A stretch of DNA of 64,000 bases, taken from positions 310,001 to 374,000 of the forward strand of contig JASTWF010000368.1 of NCBI GenBank assembly GCA_030390025.1, read 5' to 3'. Positions 1-9,066 of this stretch are shown here, one piece after another. Made by a program: the position numbers and the translations under genes. The notes beneath the pieces were generated by a model that was not told where the DNA came from, did not search any database, and saw only the letters and a list, made by a program, of their open reading frames with translations. The stretch's first letter is position 1. Each line of letters starts with the position of its first letter. This DNA comes from Squalus acanthias. Taxonomy: Eukaryota.

Positions 1-196
1 TTCAGTGTGTGTGAGCCCGGGTGTGAAGGAACGCTCCTTTAATAGTGATATCAGTGTGTGAGAGAGCCCGGGTGTGAAGGAACACTCCTTTAATAGTGAT
101 TTCAGTGTGTGTGAGCCCGGGTGTGAAGGAACGCTCCTTTAATAGTGATTTCAGTGTGTGTGAGCCTGGGTGTGAAGGAATGCTCTTTTAATAGTG
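1..196. repeat. ~48-50 bp minisatellite (GTGTGAAGGAACGCTCCTTTAATAGTGATTTCAGTGTGTGTGAGCCCGG), left part of an array split by a LINE insertion
   Basis: Tandem units read directly; the array resumes at 4217 after the LINE poly(A). Confidence 0.95.
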
Positions 197-282
197 GTAG
201 CATAGTGGTAATGTTACTGGGCTAGTAACCCAGAGGCCTGGACTAATGATCCAGAGACGTGAGTTCAAATCCCACCACGGCA
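197..282 (+). promoter_or_regulatory. tRNA-Thr(AGT)-like Pol III internal promoter head (A box and B box)
   Basis: A box TAGCATAGTGG at 198-208; anticodon arm CTGGG-CTAGTAA-CCCAG at 217-233; B box/T loop GTTCAAATC at 263-271. Confidence 0.8.
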
Positions 283-632
283 GCTGGGGAATTTAAATTC
301 AGTTAATTAAATAAATCTGGAATAAAAAGCCAGTATCAGTAATGGTAACCATGAAAGTATCGGATTGTTGTAAAAACCCATCTGGTTCACTAATGTCCTT
401 TAGGGAAGGAAATCTGCCGTCCTTACCTGGTCTGGCGTATATGTGACCCCAGACCCACAGCAATGTGGTTGACTCTTAACTGCCCTCCGAAATGGCCTAG
501 CAAGCCACTCAGTTGTAACTAACCGCTACGAAACACAATAATAAGAATGAAACCGGACGGACCACCCGGCATTGACCTCGGCACCGGCTACGGACACGAC
601 AACGGCACACCCAGCCCTGTTAACCCTACAAA

Positions 633-1803
633 GTCCTCCTCACCAACATCTGGGGACTTGTGCCAAAATTGGGAGAGCTGTCCCACAGACTAGTCAAGCA
701 ACAGCCCGACATAGTCATACTCACAGAATCATACCTTTCAGCCAATGTCCCAAACTCCTCCATCACCATCCCTGGGTCTGTCCTGTCCCATCGGCAGGAC
801 AGACCCACCAGGGGTGGTGGCACAGTGCTTTACAGTCGGAAGGGAGTGGCGCTGGGAGTCCTCAACCTTGACTCCGGACCCCGTGAAATCTCATGGGTTC
901 AGGTCAAGCATGGGCAAGGAAACCTCCTGCTGATTACCACCTACCACCCTCCCTCAGCTGATGAATCGGTACTCCTCCATGTTGAACACCACTTGGAAGA
1001 CGCACTGAGGGGAGCAAGGGCACAGAATGTACTCTGGGTGGGGGACTTCAATGTCCATCACCAAGAGTGGCTCGGTAGCACCACTACTGACCGAGCTGGC
1101 CGAGTCCTGAAGGACATAGCTGCCAGTCTGGGCCTGCGACAGGTGGTGAGAGAACCAATACGAGGGAAAAACCTACTTGACCTCATCCTCACCAATCTAC
1201 CTGTCGCAGATGCATCTGTCCATGGCAGCATTGGTAGCAGTGACCACCGCACAGTCATTGTGGAGACAAAGTCCCGTCTTCACACTGAGGACACCCTCCA
1301 TCGTGTTGTGTGGCACTACCACCGTGCTAACTGGGATAGATTCAGAACAGATCTAGCAGCTCAAAACCGGGCATCCATGAGGCGCCGTGGGCCATCAGCA
1401 GCAGCAGAATTGTATTCCACCACAACCTGTAACCCCATGGCCCAGCATATCCCACACTCTACCATTACCATCAAGACAGGGGACCAACTCTGGTTCAATA
1501 AGGAGTGTAGAAGAGCATGCCAGGAGCAGCACCAGGCGTACCTAAAGATGAGGTGCCAACCTGGGGAAGCTGCAACACAGGATTACATGCATGCTAAAAA
1601 GCGGAAGCAGCATGCTATAGACAGGGCTAAGCAATCCCACAATCAACGGATCAGATCAAAGCTCTGCATGCCTGACACATCCAGTCGTGAATGGTGGTGG
1701 ACCATTAAACAACTAACGGGAGGAGGAGGCTCCATGAATATCCCCATCCTCAATGATGGTGGAGCCCAGCACACGAGTGCAAAAGAAGTGTTTGCAATCA
1801 TCT
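633..1803 (+). pseudogene. Apurinic-like endonuclease (APE) half of the LINE ORF
   Basis: The frame of ORF 660..1961 extends upstream to VLLTNIWGL; catalytic GDFN and SDH are present; the frame runs into the nested CR1 at ~1803. Confidence 0.88.
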
Positions 1804-2717
1804 GGGTGGGCGTGTGTGCTGCGAGGAGGATGCCGAGAAACTCCAGGATGATTTGGACAGGTTGGGTGATTGGGCAGAAGCGTGGCAGATGCAATATAAC
1901 GTGGATAAATGCGAGGTTATCCACTTTGGTGTCAAAAACAGAAAGGAAGATTATTATCTGAATGGCAATAGATTGGGAGAAGGGGAAGTGCAACGAGACC
2001 TGGGTGTCCTTGTGCACCAGTCGCTGAAGGTAAGCATGCAGGTGCAGCAGGCGGTTAAGAAGGCAAATGGTATGTTGGCCTTCATAGCGAGAGGATTCGA
2101 GTACAGGAACAAGGATGTCTTGCTGCAGTTGTACAGGGCCTTGGTGAGACCACACCTTGAGTACTGTGTGCAGTTTTGGTCACCTTATCTGAGGAAGGAT
2201 GTTCTTGCCATGGAAAGAGTTCAGCGAAGATTCACAAGGCTGATACCTGGGATGGCAGGAATGACGTATGAAGAGAGATTGGGTCGATTGGGCTTTTACT
2301 CGCTGGAGTTTAGAAGAATGAGAGGGGATCTCACTGAAACTTATAAAATTCTGAGAAGACAGGACAAACTAGATGCAGGAAGGATGTTCCCGATGGTCGG
2401 AGAGTCCAGAACCAGGGGGGTCACAGTCTAAGGATAAGGGGTAAGCCATTTAGGACAGAAATGAGGAGGAATTTCTTCACCCAGAGAGTGGTAAACCTGT
2501 GGAATTCTCTGCCACAGAAGGCAGTAGAGGCCAATTCATTAAATAGATTCAAGAAGGAGTTGAATATATTTCTTAAGGCTAAAGGGATCAAGGGATATGG
2601 GGAGAAAGCAGGGACAGGGTACTGAATTTGGATGATCAGCCATGATCGCATTGAATGGCGGAGCAGGCTAGAGGGGCCGAATGGCCTACTCCTGCTCCTA
2701 TCTTCTATGATTCTATG
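1802..2717 (+). mobile_element. 5'-truncated CR1 LINE nested in the larger LINE
   Basis: CR1 RT C-terminus (LYRALVRPHLEYCVQFWSP, RRMRGDL); 3' tail TTCTATGATTCTATG; ATCT duplicated at 1800-1803 and 2718-2721; very similar to 23852-24755. Confidence 0.93.
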
Positions 2718-2721
2718 ATCT

Positions 2722-4150
2722 TGAGCCAGAAGTGCCGAGTGGATGATCCATATCGGCCTCTTCCTGAGGTCACCACCATCACAGAACCAGTCTTTACCCA
2801 ATTCGATTCACTCCACGTGATATCAAGAAACGGCTGAGTGCACTGGATACAGCAAAGGCTATGGGCCCCGATAACATCCCGGCTATTGTGCTGAAGACTT
2901 GTGCTCCAGAACTAGCCGCGCCTCTAGCCAAGCTGTTCCAGTACAGCTACAACACTGGCATCTATCCGACAATGTGGAAAACTGCCCAGGTATGTCCTGT
3001 CCACAAAAAGCAGGACAAATCCAACTCGGCCAATTACCGCCCCATCAGTCTACTCTCAATCATCAGCAAAGTGATGGAAGGTGTCGTTGACAGTGCTATC
3101 AATCGGCACTTACTCACCAAAAAAAACCTGCTCACTGTTGCCCAGTTAGGATTCTGTCAAGACCACTCGGCTCCCGACCTCATTACAGCTTTGGTCCAAA
3201 CATGGACAAAGGAGCTGAATTCCAGAGGTGAGGTGAGAGTGACTGCCCTTGACATCAAGGCAGCATTTGACCGAGTGTGGCATCAAGGAGCCCTAGTAAA
3301 ACTGAAGTCAATGGGTATCAGGGGGAAAACGCTCCACTGGCTGGAGTCATACCTAGCACAAAGGAAGATGGTTGGGGTGGTTGAAGGTCAATCATCACAG
3401 CCCCAGGACATCACTGCAGGAGTTCCTCAGGGCAGTGTCCTAGGCCCAACCATCTTCAGCTGCTTCATCAATGACGTTCCCTCCAACATAAGGTCAGAAA
3501 TGGGGATGTTTGCTGATGACTGCACAGTGTTCAGCGCCATTCACAACTCCACAGATAATGAAGCAGTCCATGCCCGCAAGCAACAAGACCTGGACGACGT
3601 TCAGGCTTGGGCTGATAAGTGGCAGGTAACATTCGCGCCACAGAAGTGCCAGGCAATGACTATCTCCAACAAGCGAGAGTCTAACCACCTCCCCTTGACA
3701 TTCAACGGCATTACCATCGCTGAATCCCCCACCATCAACATCCTGGGGGTCACCATTGACCAGAAACTTAACTGGACCAGCCACATAAATACTGTGGCAA
3801 CAAGAGCAGGTCAGAGTCTGGGTATTCTGCGGCGAGTGTCTCACCTCCTGACTCCCCAAAGCCTTTCCACCATCTACAAGGCACAAGTCAGGAGTGTGAT
3901 GGAATACTCTCCACTTGCCTGGATGAGTGCAGCTTCAACAACACTCAAGAAGCTCGACACCATCCAGGACAAAGCAGCCCGCTTGATTGGCACCCAATCC
4001 ACCACCTTAGAAGTATATCGCCGATCGTTCATCGTCGCTGGGTCAAAATCCTGGAACTCCCTACCTAACAGCACTGTGGGAGTACCTTCACCACACGGAC
4101 TGCAGAGGTTCAAGAAGGCGGTTCACCACCACCTTCTCAAGGGCAATTAG
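2722..4150 (+). pseudogene. Reverse transcriptase half of the LINE ORF
   Basis: ORF 2861..4150 has the full set of RT motifs and a stop at 4148-4150; the upstream linker is shifted by a 1-bp indel near 2787. Confidence 0.9.
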
Positions 4151-4216
4151 GGATTGACAATAAATGCTGGCCTTGCCAGCGACGCCCACATCCCATGAAC
4201 GAATGAAAAAAAAAAA

Positions 4217-4560
4217 TTCAGTGCATGTGTGAGCCTGGGTGTGAAGGAACGCTCCTTTAATCGTGCTTTCAGTGTGTGTGTGAGCCCGGGTGTGAAGGAA
4301 CGCTCCTTTAATAGTGCTTTCAGTGTGTGTGTGAGCTCGGGTGTGAAGGAACGCTCCTTTAATAGTGATTTCAGTGTGTGTGTGAGCCCGGGTGTGAAGG
4401 AACGCTCCTTTAATAGTGATTTCAGTGTGTGTGTGAGCCCGGGTGTGAAGGAACGCTCCTTTAATAGTGATTTCAGTGTGTGTGTGAGCCCGGGTGTGAA
4501 GGAACGCTCCTTTAATAGTGATTTCAGTGTGTGTGTGAGCCCGGGTGTGAAGGAACGCTT
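4217..4560. repeat. ~50 bp minisatellite, right part of the array starting at position 1
   Basis: About 7 tandem units of the same type as 1-196. Confidence 0.95.
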
Positions 4561-5201
4561 CTCTAATGTACAGTTAAGTGTGAGGAAAGATTACAATTTG
4601 TACTCACACGAGCAGTAATAGTCCCCCGATCTCTCTCTCTCTCTCGCTCTGTCTCTCCCTCTCGTTCCTCTTCCCGATTTTTTCAGTCCTGGCACAATCT
4701 TCCCGATGACAAACTCCCTTTTTTTTTCCGCTCTGTGTGTGTAAACAGACAGCTGGTTTTCATTTTGACGTTGGCAATCCCGGGCTGGAATTTTTGCTGG
4801 TTATGTCACTGAGTCGAGCGATCCCATGCTGCAGCTTCCCAACACTGACCAGCCGACGCACAGATCATTAACCCTTAGATCGCACAAGACTGTCCATCCC
4901 CGTGGGGCCTGCGAACCATCAGAGAACCGGAGAAACTGACGGCGCAGAAGGAGGCCATTTCCAGCCTAATCCCACACTTTCCAGCTCTTGGTCCGTAGCC
5001 CTGTAGGTGTTACGGCACTTCAAGTGCACATCCAAGTACTTTTTAAACGTGTTTAGGGTTTCTGCCTCTACCACCCTTTCAGGCCGTGAGTTCCAGACCC
5101 CCCCCCCCACCCTCTGGGTGAAGAAAGTACTCCTCAACTCCCCTCTAATCCTTCTACCAATTACTTTAAATCTCGGCCCCCTGGTTATTGACCTCTCTGC
5201 T

Positions 5202-5753
5202 CAACGTATGAACGGACACCGCGCAACAATCGCCAGGCGGGATTGTTACCTCCCAGTCGGGGAACGCTTCAGCAGTCAAGGACATTCAGCCTCGGATCTG
5301 CGGGTAAGTGTTCTCCAAGGCGGCCTTCGAGACACACGACAACGCAAAATCGTCGAGCAGAAACTGATGGCCAAGTTACGCACCCATGAGGACGGCCTCA
5401 ACCGGGATCTAGGGTTCATGTCACGCTACAGGACGTGACTCGACGTCGTTGTCTGGTTCACAGATGTGATTTCCAGTTTTAAAAAATAGTAAAAGGCTTA
5501 ACTGCAGACTGCAGCATTTGACACGTTGGACCCCCTGTGACCCCACCTCATTGTCTTAGCTGTACTCTGCTGTGTCTTTGATGTAATGCCTCCCTGACGG
5601 ATTGTATCTCTGCAGACACATTGTTCTCTGTCTATAGATACTTTGTAATCGATTTGTATTCCCTCACTGTACCTGACGAAGGAGCAGCGCTCCGAAAGCT
5701 CGTAATTTCAAATAAAACTGTTGGACTATAACCTGGTGTTGTGCGACTTCTCA
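5202..5753 (+). mobile_element. Short 5'-truncated Penelope-like element (end of GIY-YIG domain plus 3' UTR)
   Basis: QRMNGHRATIARR..GLNRDLGFMSRYRT is nearly identical to the C-terminus of ORF 7571..8761; flanked by TCTCTGCT direct repeats (5194-5201, 5754-5761). Confidence 0.92.
5670..5704 (+). ncRNA. Minimal type I hammerhead ribozyme motif in the Penelope-like 3' UTR
   Basis: TAC-CTGACGA-A-GGAGC(agc)GCTCC-GAAA-GCT-C-GTA: both core boxes, a 5-bp stem II, palindromic AGCT stem III and TAC/GTA stem I. Confidence 0.75.
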
Positions 5754-7516
5754 TCTCTGCTAAGGGACATAAGAACATAAGTAGTAGGAGCAGGAGTAGG
5801 CCATACGACCCCTCGGGCCTGCTCCGCCATTCAATAGGATCATGGCTGATCCGAACCTAGACTCACGTCCACTTCCTTGCCCGCTCCCCATAACCCTTAA
5901 TTCCCTTATCAGCTCGGAAACTGTCTATCTCCGTTTTAAATGTATTTAATGTCGCAGCTTCCACAGCTCTCTGAGGTAGCAAATTCCACAGATTTACCAC
6001 CCTCTGAGTGAAGAAGTTTCTCCTCATCTCAGTTTTGAAAGGGCAGCCCCTTATTCTAAGATTATGCCCCCTAGTTCTAGTCTCACCCATCAGTGGAAAC
6101 ATCCTCCCCGCCTCCACCCGATCAAGCCCTCTCCCCTCATAATTTTAAGCACCTCGATAAGGTCTCCCCTCAGCCTCCTCTGTTCCAAAGAAAACAACCC
6201 CAGCCTATCCAGTCTTTCCTCATAGCTAACATTCCCCAGTCCTGGCAACATCCTCGTAAATCTCCTCTGTACCCTCCCGAGTGCAATCACATCTTTCCTG
6301 TAATGTGGTGACCAGAACAGCAGGCTGTGGACTAACTGGTGTTTCATACAGTTCCAGCATAACCTCCCTGCTCTCATATTCTATGCCTCGGCTAATAAAG
6401 GAAAGTATCCCGTACGCCTTCTGACCCAGGCCCCAGGCTCCAATCCCAGCCTATTCCTGAGCTAGCCAGATCTCACACCTGGTGTGGTACTGATTCGCAC
6501 ACAGAGACACACACACACACAAACACACACAACATACACACAGGAAGATCCTGGCACGCTGGGTTTAAATATCTCCAGCAGCACTGAACTCGAATTTCCT
6601 CCTCTCCCACTGCGGTCCCCTGTCGATTAAGGACTTTCCTGTTGGAACCTAATCAACGAACTGTGGACAGCAGACTCCTGGACTGCCAAAACAGAACTCA
6701 CCATACTCACACTCCCTGCTCACAGTCCGTGCTCACACCAGGCCTGTGAGTGACCCTCACCCTGAATAAACAGCGACTCTGTACAGTTACACGGCGAGTG
6801 ACCCTTACCCTGAATAAACAGTGACTCTGTACAGTTACACAGCGAGTGACTGTCACCCTGAATAAACAGCGACTCTGTACAGTTACACGGCGAGTGACTC
6901 TTACCCTGAATAAACACCGACTCTGTACAGTTACACAGCGAGTGACCCTCACCCTGAATAAACAGTGACTCTGTACAGTTACACAGTGAGTGACCCTCAC
7001 TCTGAATAAACAGCGACTCTGTACAGTTACACAGCGAGTGACCCTTACCCTGAATAAACAGTGACTCTGTACAGTTACACAACGAGTGACCCTTACCCTG
7101 AATAAACAGTGACTCTGTACAGTTACACAGCGAGTGACCCTTACCCTGAATAAACAGTGACTCTGTACAGTTACACAGTGAGTGACCCTTACCCTGAATA
7201 AACAGTGACTCTGTACAGTTACACAGTGAGTGACCCTTACCCTGAATAAACAGTGACTCTGTACTGTTACAGCGAGTGACCCTCACCCTGAATAAACAGT
7301 GACTCTGTACAGTTACACAGTGAGTGACCCTTACCCTGAATAAACAGCGACTCTGTACAGTTACACAGCGAGTGACCCTTACCCTGAATAAACACTGACT
7401 CTGTACAGTTACACAGCGAGTGACCCTTACTCTGAATAAACAGTGACTCTGTACAGTTACACAGCGAGTGACCCTTACCCTGAATAAACAGTGACTCTGT
7501 ACAGTTATACTCTGTA

Positions 7517-9066
7517 CACAATGTCTTCACCTTCGACAACCATTTTTTCACCCAAACACACGGAACAGCCATGGGGACCAAATTCGCACCCCAATACGCC
7601 AACATCTTCATGCACAAGTTCGAGCAAGACTTCTTCGCTGCACAGGACCTCCAACCAACGCTGTACACCAGATACATCGACGACATCTTCTTCCTTTGGA
7701 CCCACGGCGAAGGATCACTGAAAGGACTACACGATAGCATCAACAGGAGGTTCCATCCGACCATCAAACTCACCATGGACTACTCCTCAGAATCGGTTTC
7801 ATTCTTGGACACACGAATCTCCATCAAAGACGGACGCCTCAGCACTTCACTCTACCGCAAGCCCACGGACAACCTCACGATGCTCCACTTCTCCAGCTTC
7901 CACCCTAACCACGTTAAAGAAGCCATCCCCTATGGACAAGCCCTGCGAATACACAGGATCTGCTCAGACGAGGAGGAACGCGATGGACACCTACGGACAC
8001 TGAAAGACGCCCTCGTAAAAACGGGATATGACGCTCGACTCGTCGATCGACAGTTCCGACGGGCCACAGCGAAAAACCGCATAGACCTCCTCAGAAGACG
8101 AACACGGGACACAACCAACAGAGTACCCTACGTCGTCCAGTACTTCCCCGGAGCGGAAAAACTACGCCATGTTCTTCGCAGCCTTCAACATGTCATCGAT
8201 GACGACGAACACCTTGCTAAGGCCATCCCCACGCCTCCACTACTCGCCTTCAAGCAGCCGCCTAACCTCAAAAGTACCATCGTTCGCAGCAGATTACCCA
8301 TCTTTCAGGAGAACAGCAACCAAGACACCACACAACCCTGCCACGGCAACCTCTGCAAGACATGCCAAATCATGGACACAGATACCATCATTACACGTGA
8401 GGACACTACCCACCAGGTACACGGTACATACTCATGTGACTCGGCCAACGTTGTCTACCTGATACGTTGCAGTAAAGGATGCCCCAGAGCATGGTACATC
8501 GGCGAGACCATGCAGACACTGAGACAACGTATGAACGGACACCGCGCAACAATCGCCAGGCAGGAGGGTTGCCTCCCAGTCGGGGAACACTTCAGCAGCC
8601 AGGGGCATTCAGCCTCGGATCTGCGGGTAAGCGTTCTCCAAGGCGGCCTTCGAGATACACGACAGCGCAAAATCATAGAGCAGAAACTGATAGCCAAGTT
8701 CCGCACTCATGAGGATGGCCTCAATCGCGATATCGGGTTCATGTCACGATACAGAACGTGACTTGACATCATGGCCGGTCTTCCCAGGTGTTAGTCTTTT
8801 TTAAAAAAAACACAAGAACACAAATTGACAGGATATGCAGCCAGCAGGTGGTTTGACACGTTGGACCCCCTGGGACACATCTCATTGTCTTGGCTGTGCT
8901 CTTTGTTGTAGGGAATAATGTGAATAGATTTTGTCTGGGTTTAAATTGTGAATTCTGGGAGATTCTCTCATTGCTAACTTACCTGACGAAGGAGCGAACT
9001 GCTTCGAAAGCTTGTAAAATTAAATAAATCTGTTGGACTATAACCTGGTGTTGTGCGACTTCTCAT
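7517..9066 (+). mobile_element. 5'-truncated Penelope-like retroelement (Neptune-like): RT C-terminal half, Cys-rich linker, GIY-YIG endonuclease, 3' UTR
   Basis: Uninterrupted frame 7517-8761 with GTAMGTKFAPQYANIFM, RYIDD, PCHGNLCKTC and VVYLIRC..WYIGET..LRQRMNGH; TCTGTACA repeated at both junctions (7511-7518, 9068-9075). Confidence 0.93.
8979..9017 (+). ncRNA. Minimal type I hammerhead ribozyme motif in the Penelope-like 3' UTR
   Basis: TTAC-CTGACGA-A-GGAGC(gaact)GCTTC-GAAA-GCT-T-GTAA. Confidence 0.75.

Larger units (their letters stand above)
197..4216 (+). mobile_element. Near full-length non-LTR retrotransposon (CR1/L2-group-like) with a tRNA-derived 5' head, a single APE+RT ORF, a 3' hairpin and a poly(A) tail; inactivated copy
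   Basis: APE motifs TNIWGL, ILTES, GDFN, LDLIL and SDH in 633-1803. RT motifs NYRPISLL, LDIKAAFDRVWH, GVPQGSVLGP and FADD in 2861-4150. Poly(A) at 4206-4216. Interrupted by a CR1 at 1802-2717, with a frameshift near 2787. Confidence 0.9.
4940..6425 (-). mobile_element. CR1 LINE 3' fragment interrupted by a Penelope-like copy (5202-5753) and a second CR1 (~5768-6130)
   Basis: Minus-strand translations FFTQRV..WNS and FWSPHYRKDVIALGRVQRRFTRMLPGL; the second CR1 tail reads ACATAAGAACATAAG on + at ~5767. Confidence 0.85.

Noticed and set aside
197..282. Functional tRNA-Thr gene
   Set aside because: Extra arm, incomplete acceptor stem, T-stem mismatch and no downstream oligo(T) terminator; it is the head of a retroelement.
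4602..4900. Possible minus-strand first exon (GTGAGT donor at 4607-4602) with FOX/E-box motifs
   Set aside because: Only a 6-mer donor match with poor exonic context; cannot be supported without transcript data.
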